A DNA stretch of 64,000 nucleotides, from contig JACQCF010000004.1 of NCBI GenBank assembly GCA_016201795.1, forward strand, positions 74,117-138,116. Direction: 5' to 3'. Each line of letters starts with the position of its first letter. The first letter of the stretch is position 1. Made by a program: the position numbers and the translations under genes. The notes under the pieces were generated by a model. The model ran no database searches and was not told where the DNA came from. It saw nothing but the letters and a program-made list of their open reading frames with translations. The DNA is from Candidatus Omnitrophota bacterium (GTDB lineage Bacteria; Omnitrophota; Gorgyraeia; Zapsychrales; Fredricksoniimonadaceae). Below are positions 16,976 to 26,765 of the stretch, in pieces.

Positions 16976-17509
16976 ATGTCAAGGTATTTTTATTTAGTGA
17001 TTTTATGTTTGATGACATCTTCTGTGGTGGCGGCCGAAGAAGGCGATGAGTTGATTCATTCCACTTCCAAACAAGAACAGGTGCTGGTCGTTAAAGTCAC
17101 CAATACCGATACTATTATTTTAGAGAATGGTCAGAGAATTAAACTTCTCGGTATCGAGTCTTTCGGCCTGCCCCCGCGTTCATACATTAAGTATGACGAT
17201 AAGGGGCGTCCTATTGAAAACAAAGAAACCGAAGCCACTATTCCTTTAGAAGAGCAGGCGATTGTTTTTGCTCAAAATTTGATGGAAGGCAAGAAAGTAA
17301 AATTGGAATATGACGTGGAGTCCCGCGACGATCGCGGCTATAAAACAGCTTATGTCTATTTACCCGATGGACACATGGCCAATACGGAGCTTTTGCGCCA
17401 GGGTTTTGTGCGTCTGAAGATTCGTCCTCCCAATGTCAAGCACGCGGCTTTGTTTAGAAATGCTTATCAAGAAGGCAGAAAAGAACAACGCGGCTTTTTA
17501 AGTGATTAA
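16976..17509 (+). CDS. Secreted thermonuclease (SNase/micrococcal nuclease)-like OB-fold protein
   Basis: Signal peptide (MSRYFYLVILCLMTSSVVAA). Core VKVTNTDTIILENGQRIKLLGIESFG…KVKLEYDVESRDDRGYKTAYVYLPDGHMANTELLRQGFVRL matches the SNase fold pattern (VIDGDT…RLIGIDAPE…RDKYGRLLAYV…NEELVRxGxA), but with substitutions at the IDAPE and YGR positions. Confidence 0.65.
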   Translation: MSRYFYLVILCLMTSSVVAAEEGDELIHSTSKQEQVLVVKVTNTDTIILENGQRIKLLGIESFGLPPRSYIKYDDKGRPIENKETEATIPLEEQAIVFAQNLMEGKKVKLEYDVESRDDRGYKTAYVYLPDGHMANTELLRQGFVRLKIRPPNVKHAALFRNAYQEGRKEQRGFLSD

Positions 17510-17517
17510 CCCTGCCC

Positions 17518-18519
17518 ATGGATTTAGCCACCAAAGTTTTCTACATAATGATTAAAGATCAGCTGACCAATATTGCAGATACGGTGGTGGTGGGCGTTTC
17601 CGGCGGTGCAGATTCCACAGCCTTACTACACATTTTGTATCAACTACGTCATCGTTTGGGTGTCAAACTTCATGTAGCTCATTTTAATCATGGTTTGCGT
17701 TTTCAGGCAGGGGCCGATGAAGCTTTTGTGAAAGATTTGGCAACCAGGCTGAATTTACCTTTTAGCGTTGGACATCGACGTGGCCGTTTAAAATCCTGCC
17801 TTATTTCTGAAGATCAGGCCCGTCAATGGCGGTTTGATTTTTTTTTCAAGGTCGCCCGCCACGTAAAAGCCCAGGCCATTGCTCTGGCGCATACCGAAAA
17901 TGATCTAGCTGAAACAGTACTCATGCGTCTGTTGCGGGGGGCAGGGTTATTGGGATTAAGGGGTATTGCTAGTGAGCATCAGATGGCCCAGATCAAATTG
18001 ATTCGGCCGCTTTTATCCATTGGGCGCCGCGACATCGAGCGTTATCTTAAAACACATCGTTTAACCTACCGTAGTGATGCGACCAATGCGCAAACGCATT
18101 ATTTTCGTAATAAAATCCGTTTGAAACTGTTACCGCTTTTGGTGAAGGAGTATAATCCTAATCTAGCTCATATTTTGGTTGATTTAGCGCATACGGCCCA
18201 GATAGATTATGATTATCTGTTACAACAAGCTCGACGATGTTTCGAAAAAACCGTTGTTGTTTCCAAAAGAAAAGTTACAATGAAACTTAAAATTTTTCTC
18301 AGACAGCATCCATCGATGCAGCGCATGCTTTTAAGATTAGCTTTCGAACGTTTAGTTAAAGATATCAATCAGTTAAGTTTTGCGCATATGCAGGAAGTGG
18401 AAGATTTGTTGGAAAGAAGGCCCGCCGGTTCTGTGGTACATTGGCCCGGCTCTGTCGGGGTTCTTAAATCCAAAGACGCACTGATTTTGTACATGACCCG
18501 AAGCAAACCCTTGATTTAA
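17518..18519 (+). CDS. tilS: tRNA(Ile)-lysidine synthetase TilS
   Basis: PP-loop VVVGVSGGADSTALLHIL. ~330 aa, TilS-like architecture. Confidence 0.85.
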   Translation: MDLATKVFYIMIKDQLTNIADTVVVGVSGGADSTALLHILYQLRHRLGVKLHVAHFNHGLRFQAGADEAFVKDLATRLNLPFSVGHRRGRLKSCLISEDQARQWRFDFFFKVARHVKAQAIALAHTENDLAETVLMRLLRGAGLLGLRGIASEHQMAQIKLIRPLLSIGRRDIERYLKTHRLTYRSDATNAQTHYFRNKIRLKLLPLLVKEYNPNLAHILVDLAHTAQIDYDYLLQQARRCFEKTVVVSKRKVTMKLKIFLRQHPSMQRMLLRLAFERLVKDINQLSFAHMQEVEDLLERRPAGSVVHWPGSVGVLKSKDALILYMTRSKPLI

Positions 18520-18583
18520 TCTCAAGATCAGTTATAATTCAATCTTCAAGTTAGAAGGTCACGGTTATTTTAGGAGATTGTAG

Positions 18584-20518
18584 ATGCCGCAGCCGAATTT
18601 AACAAGTAAAAGGCCTCCTCGTCTTAATCGCAACAATAAACCCAACGGCACTTTTTGGTTTTGGGTGATTTTGGGGATGGTTTTCTTATTGCTTATTCGC
18701 AACAGTCAATATACTGTCAAGAATGAGCAGGAAATTTCTTACAGTGAATTTTATAATATTCTTAAGGATAATCCCAAAACCCATCAGATTAAAAAAGTAG
18801 AGTTAACCGAAGGGCCGGCGAATAGTATCACAGGTGTTTTTGCCGACCAGAGTAAATTCCATTTGAATATCCCGCAGCATGACGAAGACCTTGTTAAACT
18901 CACCCGTGACAATGTGAGTGATTTTACGGTGGTACCGCCGGAACTTTTCTGGGGACAGTTGTTTTTGCAATTGATACCTGTCATCGGTTTTTTTGCTTTG
19001 ATCTGGTTTTTGTCTTATCGGGGCAGCCAGATGGGTAATAAGGTTTTTTCTTTCGGTAAATCCCGCGCGCAGTTGGGTGGCGGTGGGCCGGTGACTTTTA
19101 ATGATGTGGCCGGTGTGGATGAAGCCAAGGAAGAGTTACAGGAAGTCATTGAATTTCTCAAAGACCCCAAGAGGTTTGAACGCTTAGGCGGTAAAATCCC
19201 AAAAGGTGTTTTGCTCGTCGGTCCCCCGGGAACTGGTAAAACCCTTTTAGCGAAAGCTGTGGCCGGGGAGGCGGGCGTACCGTTTTTTTCTTTAAGCGGT
19301 TCGGATTTCGTAGAAATGTTTGTGGGGGTGGGCGCCTCGCGCGTGCGCGATTTGTTCGAACAGGGCCGTAAGGCCGCCAAAACCTCAGGCAAAGGGTGTA
19401 TTATTTTTATTGATGAAATTGATGCGGTGGGTCGTCAGCGTTTTGCCGGTATCGGCGGCGGCAATGATGAGCGCGAGCAGACCCTTAATGCTTTGTTAGT
19501 GGAGATGGATGGGTTTAATTCCGTGAGCGGTTTGATTTTGATTGCAGCCACCAACCGTCCTGACACGCTGGATCCTGCCCTGCTTCGTCCCGGCCGTTTT
19601 GACCGTCAGATCGTCGTGGGCCTGCCGGATATTAATGGCCGTGAGGGTATTTTGAAAGTGCATAGCAAGAATATTAAATTGTCCGAAGATGTAAATTTAA
19701 GACGTGTAGCCCAGCAAACCGTATATTTTTCCGGAGCAGATTTGGCCAACGTGTGCAATGAAGCCGCTCTTTTAGCGGCCCGCCGTAATAAAGAGAAGGT
19801 GGGTATGGATGAAATGTTAGCCGCGGTTGAACGTGTGACCATGGGCCCCGAGAAGAAAAACCGCGTGACCTCCAAAAAAGAAAAAGAGATGACCGCTTAT
19901 CATGAAGCCGGACACGCCCTGTTGTCTGTTTTAATCGATGAAGTGGACACCTTTACTAAAGTTTCTATTATTCCGCGCGGGATGGCCGGTGGTTATACGT
20001 TAACGCCCCCGACAGAAGATAAACATTACATCTCCAAAAGGGAATTGAAGGGGATGATGACGGTACTCTTAGGCGGTATGGTCGGCGAAGAAATTTATAT
20101 GGGAGATACTACGACAGGTGTTTCCAATGATTTGCAGAGAGTTTCTCAACTGGCCCGCAGCATGGTCTGCGAATACGGTATGAGCGATAAGCTTGATAAA
20201 CTGGCTTTCGGTAAACATAATCAACAGATTTTTTTAGGTCGTGATTTTTTTGAAGAAAAGAATTACAGTGAGGAGACGGCGCGCAAAATTGACGAAGAAG
20301 TTCACAATATCGTGCACGGATGTTATGACAGGGCCAGGAATCTTTTGCTGCAAAACCGCGACAAGCTGGATGCGCTGGCCAAGCGTTTGATTGAAAAAGA
20401 AACCTTGGATATTGAAGAAGCCCGGGCATTTTTAAATATCCCCGAACATAAATTAAATTTGCATCATGAAGAGCCGCAGTCTAACGGCATACCCCCTTCG
20501 ACCCCATTATCTTCTTAA
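18584..20518 (+). CDS. ftsH: ATP-dependent zinc metalloprotease FtsH
   Basis: Two N-terminal TM segments. AAA+ Walker [12 protein letters not shown]. Zn-protease HEAGHA motif. 644 aa. Confidence 0.95.
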   Translation: MPQPNLTSKRPPRLNRNNKPNGTFWFWVILGMVFLLLIRNSQYTVKNEQEISYSEFYNILKDNPKTHQIKKVELTEGPANSITGVFADQSKFHLNIPQHDEDLVKLTRDNVSDFTVVPPELFWGQLFLQLIPVIGFFALIWFLSYRGSQMGNKVFSFGKSRAQLGGGGPVTFNDVAGVDEAKEELQEVIEFLKDPKRFERLGGKIPKGVLLVGPPGTGKTLLAKAVAGEAGVPFFSLSGSDFVEMFVGVGASRVRDLFEQGRKAAKTSGKGCIIFIDEIDAVGRQRFAGIGGGNDEREQTLNALLVEMDGFNSVSGLILIAATNRPDTLDPALLRPGRFDRQIVVGLPDINGREGILKVHSKNIKLSEDVNLRRVAQQTVYFSGADLANVCNEAALLAARRNKEKVGMDEMLAAVERVTMGPEKKNRVTSKKEKEMTAYHEAGHALLSVLIDEVDTFTKVSIIPRGMAGGYTLTPPTEDKHYISKRELKGMMTVLLGGMVGEEIYMGDTTTGVSNDLQRVSQLARSMVCEYGMSDKLDKLAFGKHNQQIFLGRDFFEEKNYSEETARKIDEEVHNIVHGCYDRARNLLLQNRDKLDALAKRLIEKETLDIEEARAFLNIPEHKLNLHHEEPQSNGIPPSTPLSS

Positions 20519-21359
20519 AGCCCGTCACCATACCCTGAAGGTGGGGGATAAGACGCTTTTGATGGGCGTGGTTAATTTAACTCCGGATTCTTTTAGTGAC
20601 GATGGCCGTTTAGTCAAAGGTCATGATCCTGCCGCCAATGTTCGTTTTGCCAAACAGTTAATTGCTCAAGGGGCAGACATCATTGATCTGGGGGCGGAAT
20701 CTTCTCGTCCCGGCGCTAAGACCATTTCTGTTAAGGAAGAACTTGATCGCCTGATGCCGACCTTGGTGAAATTAGCCCGAAGCGTCCATGTGCCGATTTC
20801 CGTTGATACGTATAAACCGCAAGTGGCCAGGCAGGCTTTAGAGGCCGGGGCTAGTATCATCAACAATATTAGGGGCACTCCAATCAATAAGCCGCTTTTG
20901 AAAATGGTGCGTGACTATCAAGCCGCCATTGTGTTAATGCATATGCGCGGCAATCCACGGACCATGCAGAAAAAGGCTTCTTACAAAAATTTGATCAAAG
21001 AGGTTCTTCAAGAACTCAGAGACTCTTTAGAAAAATGCTTGGAGGCGGGTATAAAAAAAGATAGAATCATCATCGATCCGGGCTTAGGTTTTGCCAAGAC
21101 GGGAGAGCATAATTTGGAAATTTTAAGGGATCTCTATCAATTTCATGTTTTGGGCTGTCCGGTGTTGATCGGGCCTTCCCGCAAATCATTTATCGGGCAT
21201 ATTCTTCAAAAAGACACCACCCAACGATTGATGGGAACATCCGCCGCCGTTAGTCTGGGGGTGGCTGGAGGGACACATATCGTGCGGGTACATGATGTAT
21301 CTGCCATGAAAGATGTGGTCTTAGTCGCAGATGCAATAATTAAGGAGGAGAACCAATGA
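20466..21359 (+). CDS. folP: Dihydropteroate synthase FolP
   Basis: …LMGVVNLTPDSFSDDG…DIIDLGAESSRPGA…VDTYKP… pterin-binding motifs. The longest ORF overlaps the ftsH end by 53 nt; the true start may be the GTG at 20541 or the ATG at 20562. Confidence 0.85.
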   Translation: MKSRSLTAYPLRPHYLLKARHHTLKVGDKTLLMGVVNLTPDSFSDDGRLVKGHDPAANVRFAKQLIAQGADIIDLGAESSRPGAKTISVKEELDRLMPTLVKLARSVHVPISVDTYKPQVARQALEAGASIINNIRGTPINKPLLKMVRDYQAAIVLMHMRGNPRTMQKKASYKNLIKEVLQELRDSLEKCLEAGIKKDRIIIDPGLGFAKTGEHNLEILRDLYQFHVLGCPVLIGPSRKSFIGHILQKDTTQRLMGTSAAVSLGVAGGTHIVRVHDVSAMKDVVLVADAIIKEENQ

Positions 21360-21658
21360 ACCAAGATTTGACCATTAAACAGTGGTGTGAACTTTGCCAT
21401 CGTATGGCCAGAGAAAAAGGATTCTGGGACAAGGAGCGCAACATGGGAGAGGCGCTGATGCTCATTGTCACGGAATTAGCTGAGGCCATGGAAGGTTACC
21501 GTCATCAAGACCACGAAAATTTCAGAGAAGAGCTTGCTGATACTTTTATTCGTCTTTTTGATCTTTGCGGCGGTCTGGGAATTGATATTGAAGCGGAAAT
21601 CATCAAAAAATCCGAGAAGAATAAGGCCCGTCCTTATAAACACGGTAAGATTTGTTAA
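21356..21658 (+). CDS. Small MazG-like nucleotide pyrophosphohydrolase domain protein
   Basis: 100 aa. EKGFWDK…EALMLIVTELAEAMEGYRH…ELADTFIRLFDLCGGLGIDIE is a MazG/NTP-PPase all-alpha domain pattern with an EExxE-type motif. ATGA overlap with folP. Confidence 0.65.
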   Translation: MNQDLTIKQWCELCHRMAREKGFWDKERNMGEALMLIVTELAEAMEGYRHQDHENFREELADTFIRLFDLCGGLGIDIEAEIIKKSEKNKARPYKHGKIC

Positions 21659-21678
21659 TTTAGAAAGCAAATAATGCG

Positions 21679-23646
21679 GTGGATCAATTCGTTCTTAAAA
21701 GTCAGTTCAAACCCATCGAAGAGCAGCAAAAAGCTATCACGGCTTTAACGGATGGGCTTCATCAAGGTCTTGATGCCCAGGTGCTTTTAGGGGTGACGGG
21801 CAGTGGTAAGACGTTCACCATCGCCAATGTTATTGCTAACCTCAATCGTCCCGCTTTGGTGATTTCTCATAATAAAACTCTGGCAGCTCAGCTTTATAGT
21901 GAGCTTAAGGATTTTTTTCCTTATAATGCCATCGAGTATTTCGTCAGCTATTACGATTATTATCAGCCCGAAGCTTATATTCCCCAAACCGATGTTTATA
22001 TCGAAAAAGATTCTTCCATCAATGACCGCCTAGATCGTTTGCGCCTGGCAGCGACCACGTCTTTGATGTCCCGCCGGGATGTCATCATTGTCGCTAGCGT
22101 CTCGTGCATTTATAATCTCGGTTCGCCCCAAGATTATCAAAATTATATGGTGCAGTTAAAAAGAGGCCAGCGTATGGACCGCGACGCGGTTTTGGAACAA
22201 CTGGTGGGCATTCAGTATGAGCGCAACGATTATGAATTCACCCGCGGCAAAATGCGCGTGCGAGGCGATGTGCTGGAAGTTTACCCCGCGTATCGTCAGG
22301 ATGCGCTGCGCATCGAATTTTTCGATGAGGAAATCGAAAAAATCCGCCAAATCAATCCTGTCTCGGGAGAGGTGATTGCCGAGTTGGAAAAAGCCGCTGT
22401 TTATCCGGCTAAACATTTTTTGGTTTCACCACCGCGATTGTCCCAGGCTTTGGTTGAAATTGAACAAGAGCTCAATGCGTCGGTGGCTCAGTTTGAAGCC
22501 CAGGGGAAGTTGCTTGAGGCACAGCGGTTGAAATCCCGTACTCGCTATGATATGGAAATGCTCAAAGAAATCGGTCATTGCAAAGGCATTGAGAATTATT
22601 CGCGCGTTCTCTCCGGTCGGCCACCGGGCTCCAGGCCTTTTTGTTTGATTGATTATTTCCCGTCGGATTTTATCACTATTATCGACGAGAGCCATGCGAC
22701 CATTCCTCAGCTTAACGGGATGTATGAGGGAGATCGCTCGCGCAAAGAGATGCTGGTGCGTTACGGTTTTCGTCTGCCATCCTGTCTGGATAACCGGCCG
22801 TTGAAATTCCATGAACAACAAACACTGTTTAAGCAGAGGATTTATGTTTCAGCCACGCCGGGACCGTATGAGCGCAAAGACGCGCATCATCGTATGGTGG
22901 AGCAAATTATCCGTCCTACAGGTATTGTGGATCCACCAGTCCTGGTACGTTCAACGGCTGGACAGGTAGAAGACCTCATCAAAGAGACGCAAGCGCGGGC
23001 GCGTCAAAAAGAGCGTGTGCTGGTGACCACTTTAACGAAGCGCATGTCTGAGGATTTGTGTGAGTATTTGCAGAATGCTGGCCTGGCGGTGAAATATTTG
23101 CATTCTGATATTGAAACCATTGACCGGACCAAAATCCTTCAGGATTTACGGCTTAAGAAATTTGATTGCCTGGTGGGGGTTAATCTCTTGCGCGAAGGTT
23201 TAGATTTGCCGGAGGTCAGTTTAGTTGCTATATTTGACGCCGATAAGCAAGGGTTCTTGCGTTCGCAAACGTCCTTGATTCAAACGGCGGGTCGCGCGTC
23301 GCGTAATATTCATGGCCAGGTGATTATGTACGCCGATACCATTTCCGCTGCCATGAAAGCAATGATGGCTGAGAGTAAGCGCCGCCGTCAGATTCAAATG
23401 GAATTTAACGCCCAACACGGCATTACGCCTAAAACTATTGAAAAAGCCATCAAGCAGGGGATTGAAGAATTCGCCGAAGCAGAAGATTTTACCAGATCCC
23501 TGACAGGACAAAGTGAAGAAGAATACGAGGTGTCTCATTACATGAGCGAACTGGGGCGACAAATGGACTTGGCCGCACGTAATTTAGAATTTGAAAGGGC
23601 CGCGAAAATCAGAGATAAAATCCGCCAATTACAAGGAATTGCTTAA
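21679..23646 (+). CDS. uvrB: Excinuclease ABC subunit B
   Basis: GVTGSGKTFT Walker A. Beta-hairpin region. …YEFTRGKMRVRGDVLEVYPA…RIEFFDEEIEKI… module. C-terminal UVR domain (…EFERAAKIRDKIRQL). GTG start. Confidence 0.93.
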   Translation: MDQFVLKSQFKPIEEQQKAITALTDGLHQGLDAQVLLGVTGSGKTFTIANVIANLNRPALVISHNKTLAAQLYSELKDFFPYNAIEYFVSYYDYYQPEAYIPQTDVYIEKDSSINDRLDRLRLAATTSLMSRRDVIIVASVSCIYNLGSPQDYQNYMVQLKRGQRMDRDAVLEQLVGIQYERNDYEFTRGKMRVRGDVLEVYPAYRQDALRIEFFDEEIEKIRQINPVSGEVIAELEKAAVYPAKHFLVSPPRLSQALVEIEQELNASVAQFEAQGKLLEAQRLKSRTRYDMEMLKEIGHCKGIENYSRVLSGRPPGSRPFCLIDYFPSDFITIIDESHATIPQLNGMYEGDRSRKEMLVRYGFRLPSCLDNRPLKFHEQQTLFKQRIYVSATPGPYERKDAHHRMVEQIIRPTGIVDPPVLVRSTAGQVEDLIKETQARARQKERVLVTTLTKRMSEDLCEYLQNAGLAVKYLHSDIETIDRTKILQDLRLKKFDCLVGVNLLREGLDLPEVSLVAIFDADKQGFLRSQTSLIQTAGRASRNIHGQVIMYADTISAAMKAMMAESKRRRQIQMEFNAQHGITPKTIEKAIKQGIEEFAEAEDFTRSLTGQSEEEYEVSHYMSELGRQMDLAARNLEFERAAKIRDKIRQLQGIA

Positions 23647-24416
23647 TGCTGGCTATTGATATAGGAAATACAACCATTGGTTTAGAGATTGTTCAAAACG
23701 GTAAAGTTTTGGCATCTAGGCGTATGGACACTATCCATCAGCCGCATACTCTCAAGCTCTTGTTAAGTCGACAATTTAAGTATTTTTCTAAAAAAGGATA
23801 TGATTGTCAAAGGGTGGTCATTTGCTCGGTGGTTCCTGAAACTACGGTATTAGTAGAGCGATATATCAAAAAAATTTTTAGTATTGATCCTTATGTAGTA
23901 GGAAGAGACATTATTGTGCCTATCAAGAACTGTTATAAAAAACCTTCTCAAGTAGGTCAGGACAGGCTGGTGGGAGCTTATGCAGCTTTGAAATTATATG
24001 GAAAACCGCTGATTATAGTGGATTTAGGCACAGCGATTACGTTCGATGTGGTTTCTAAAAAAGGAGAGTATTTGGGAGGAGCTATTGTTCCAGGAATTCG
24101 TTTGTCGGCAGAATCATTGTTTTTAAAGACCGCTTTATTGCCGCAAATAGATATTCGCACTCCTCAAAACCCTATTGGTAAAACAACTCAGGAGAGTATT
24201 TTAAGCGGTCTTTTTTATGGTTATGGGGTTTTATGCCAGGGTTTTATTGATCTTCTAGCCCGTCAACTTCGGGCAAGGCCTAAGGTGGTGATGACCGGCG
24301 GGCATACCCAGCTTATGAAAAAATTCGTCTCGCCCAAAATCCGTATTATCGACCAAGACTTGGTTTTTAAAGGACTTTATTTTTTAGTCCCTCGCAACTT
24401 AAATTCTTCATGCTAG
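23646..24416 (+). CDS. coaX: Type III pantothenate kinase CoaX
   Basis: MLAIDIGNTTIG… N-terminal ASKHA motif. …VDLGTAITFDVV…. 256 aa. TAATG overlap with uvrB. Confidence 0.88.
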   Translation: MLAIDIGNTTIGLEIVQNGKVLASRRMDTIHQPHTLKLLLSRQFKYFSKKGYDCQRVVICSVVPETTVLVERYIKKIFSIDPYVVGRDIIVPIKNCYKKPSQVGQDRLVGAYAALKLYGKPLIIVDLGTAITFDVVSKKGEYLGGAIVPGIRLSAESLFLKTALLPQIDIRTPQNPIGKTTQESILSGLFYGYGVLCQGFIDLLARQLRARPKVVMTGGHTQLMKKFVSPKIRIIDQDLVFKGLYFLVPRNLNSSC

Positions 24417-24452
24417 TCACTCGGGATTAATCCCGAATAGTTTTAGGAGGGA

Positions 24453-24540
24453 TTAGCACTCCAAATATCTGACCGCTAATTTTTTCTTGACAAAATTTTG
24501 ATCTCTGGTTATATTAGCACTCTAAATTTGGTAGTGCTAA
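24453..24540 (+). promoter_or_regulatory. groESL control region: degenerate CIRCE, consensus sigma70 promoter (TTGACA-17-TATATT), and a canonical CIRCE operator overlapping the -10/+1
   Basis: CIRCE-like 1: TTAGCACTC-N9-GACCGCTAA (24453-24479). -35 TTGACA at 24487-24492; -10 TATATT at 24510-24515. CIRCE 2: TTAGCACTC-taaatttgg-TAGTGCTAA (24514-24540), which matches the consensus TTAGCACTC-N9-GAGTGCTAA. Confidence 0.85.
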
Positions 24541-24581
24541 ACGAATTTTATAGATTAACCATGTAACAAGGAGGAAGATCT

Positions 24582-24872
24582 ATGGCGATTCAACCATTAG
24601 CTGACCGTATCGTGCTCAAGGTGCTGGAAGCCAAAGAGGTCACCAAAGGTGGTATCGTGCTTCCGGACACCGCCAAAGAAAAACCCCAGGAAGGCAAAGT
24701 CGTCGCTGTTGGTAAAGGCCGTATGGCGGACAATGGTCACATTGTGCCCTTGGAAGTCAAGGCAGGGGATCGTGTGCTATTTGGCAAATACAGCGGCACG
24801 GAAATTACCACTACCGATGGTGAAGAACTTTTGATCATGAAGGAAGAAGACGTTTTAGCGATCGTTAAATGA
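24582..24872 (+). CDS. groES: Co-chaperonin GroES
   Basis: 96 aa. …[40 protein letters not shown]… mobile-loop signature. RBS AAGGAGGA. Confidence 0.95.
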   Translation: MAIQPLADRIVLKVLEAKEVTKGGIVLPDTAKEKPQEGKVVAVGKGRMADNGHIVPLEVKAGDRVLFGKYSGTEITTTDGEELLIMKEEDVLAIVK

Positions 24873-24895
24873 CTTCGACCTAAGGTCGAAGTCAT
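24868..24895 (+). other. 12-bp perfect hairpin in the groES-groEL spacer (spans the groES stop), followed by a short U-tract
   Basis: ATGACTTCGACC-TAA-GGTCGAAGTCAT, then TTTTT at 24899-24903. Probably a partial terminator or processing site inside the operon. Confidence 0.5.
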
Positions 24896-24922
24896 GACAT
24901 TTTTAAAACATGGAGGATTCAT

Positions 24923-26566
24923 ATGTCAGCAAAACAGTTATTATTCGATGATGAAGCACGCCGCAAAGTTTTAAGCGGGGTGGAACAATTATCCCGCGCG
25001 GTTAAAATCACCCTGGGCCCCAAAGGCCGCAACGTGGTTTTGGACAAAAAATTCGGCTCACCCACCGTTACCAAAGACGGGGTGTCGGTGGCCAAGGAAA
25101 TCGAATTAGAAGATCCCTTTGAAAATATGGGCGCTCAAATGGTCAAGGAAGTGGCCGAGAAAACTTCCGATATAGCAGGCGACGGCACCACCACGGCGAC
25201 GGTTTTAGCAGAGGCTATTTACCGTGAAGGTTTAAAGAACGTTACGGCCGGCGCTAACCCCATGGCACTCAAGCGCGGTATTGAGCAAGCTGTAGTGAAA
25301 GTGGTTAGCAGAATCGAGAAAATTTCCAAGAAAGTTGATTTGAAGAATTCCAAAGAAGTCGAGCAGGTAGCCGCCATCGCGGCCAACAGCGATACCGTGA
25401 TCGGTAAGAAAATCGCCGAGGCTTTTGAGGCCGTTGGCAAAGACGGCGTCATCACGGTTGAGGAAAGCAAGACGATCAACACGGAGTTAAAAATCGTCGA
25501 AGGGATGCAGTTCGACCAGGGGTATTTGTCTCCGTATTTCTCCACCGATATGGAGAAAATGATCTGCGAACTGGAAGATCCTTATATCCTGCTTTATGAA
25601 AAGAAAATTTCCAGCATCAAAGACATTTTACCAGTGCTGGAAAAAGTGGCCAAATCTGGCCGTCCGTTGTTAATCATCTGCGAAGATGTGGAAGGCGAGG
25701 CCTTAGCCACCTTGGTGGTCAATAAGATGCGTGGCACATTGCATTGTGCTGCGGTTAAAGCCCCGGGCTATGGGGACCGTCGTAAAGAAATGCTCAAAGA
25801 CATTGCCGTTTTAACTGGCGGTAAAGCGGTGACCGAGGATTTAGGCTTAAAATTGGAAAATCTGGACGTTGCCGATTTAGGCCGAGCTAAAAAGGTCAAG
25901 ATTGACAAAGACAATACCACCATCGTTGAAGGTCAGGGCAAACAGGCGGATATCAAAGGCCGCATTGCCCAGATCAAGAATCAGATTGACACTACCGATT
26001 CTTCTTATGATAAAGAAAAATTACAAGAACGCTTAGCTAAGCTTTCCGGCGGTGTGGCCATTATTAATGTCGGGGCTGCTACCGAAAGTGAAATGAAGGA
26101 AAAGAAGGCCCGTGTGGAAGATGCCTTGCACGCAACCCGTGCGGCCGTAGAAGAAGGAATTGTCCCCGGAGGCGGGGTGGCGTTATTACGCTGTATGAAA
26201 GAGCTTGAAAATATTGAACTTCAAGACGATGAAAAGACCGGTGCCGACATCGTGCGTCGAGCCTTAGAGTCACCCATACGCCAACTGGCGTCCAATGCCG
26301 GATTGGAAGGTTCGGTGATTGTGGAACATTTGAAGCATGAAAAAGATAATAATGTCGGCTATGATTTTGACCGAGATGAATATATTGATATGTTTGTCTG
26401 TGGAGTTATTGATCCGGCAAAGGTAACCCGTACCGCCTTGCAAAATGCGGCCAGTATTGCCGGTTTATTGCTAACAACCGAATGTTTGGTTACTGATGTT
26501 CAGGAAAAGGAAAAATCGGCTATGCCAGCCATGCCTCCAGGCGGCGGCATGGGCGGGATGTATTAA
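24923..26566 (+). CDS. groEL: Chaperonin GroEL
   Basis: 547 aa. …[16 protein letters not shown]…. C-terminal GGM repeat (GGGMGGMY). Confidence 0.97.
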   Translation: MSAKQLLFDDEARRKVLSGVEQLSRAVKITLGPKGRNVVLDKKFGSPTVTKDGVSVAKEIELEDPFENMGAQMVKEVAEKTSDIAGDGTTTATVLAEAIYREGLKNVTAGANPMALKRGIEQAVVKVVSRIEKISKKVDLKNSKEVEQVAAIAANSDTVIGKKIAEAFEAVGKDGVITVEESKTINTELKIVEGMQFDQGYLSPYFSTDMEKMICELEDPYILLYEKKISSIKDILPVLEKVAKSGRPLLIICEDVEGEALATLVVNKMRGTLHCAAVKAPGYGDRRKEMLKDIAVLTGGKAVTEDLGLKLENLDVADLGRAKKVKIDKDNTTIVEGQGKQADIKGRIAQIKNQIDTTDSSYDKEKLQERLAKLSGGVAIINVGAATESEMKEKKARVEDALHATRAAVEEGIVPGGGVALLRCMKELENIELQDDEKTGADIVRRALESPIRQLASNAGLEGSVIVEHLKHEKDNNVGYDFDRDEYIDMFVCGVIDPAKVTRTALQNAASIAGLLLTTECLVTDVQEKEKSAMPAMPPGGGMGGMY

Positions 26567-26589
26567 TTAATTATTTTTTTAAGTTAAAT

Positions 26590-26653
26590 CCCCCACCGTT
26601 TTGCTTCGCCTGTCTGCCGACAGGCAGGCAAAGCGAAGCAGTGGGGGGTTTTT
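26590..26653 (+). terminator. Rho-independent terminator of groESL (long imperfect GC hairpin + TTTTT)
   Basis: CCCCCACCGTTTTGCTTCGCCTGTCTGCC-GACA-GGCAGGCAAAGCGAAGCAGTGGGGGG, followed by TTTTT. The stem contains a degenerate copy of the CCTGCCTGCCGGCAGGCAGG palindrome family. Confidence 0.85.
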
Positions 26654-26658
26654 AATTA

Positions 26659-26687
26659 TTGACAACTATTCTCATTTCTTGTATAAT
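26659..26687 (+). promoter_or_regulatory. Perfect-consensus sigma70 promoter TTGACA-17-TATAAT upstream of the IMPDH-family/guaA/dnaE block
   Basis: TTGACA at 26659-26664; TATAAT at 26682-26687; exact 17-nt spacer. Confidence 0.7.
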
Positions 26688-26765
26688 TTCGCTTCAAAAA
26701 AATTTTATACGTTTTTTGCTGATCGTTTTCATATTCTATCCTATTGAAAATACGGAGGTTATGAA

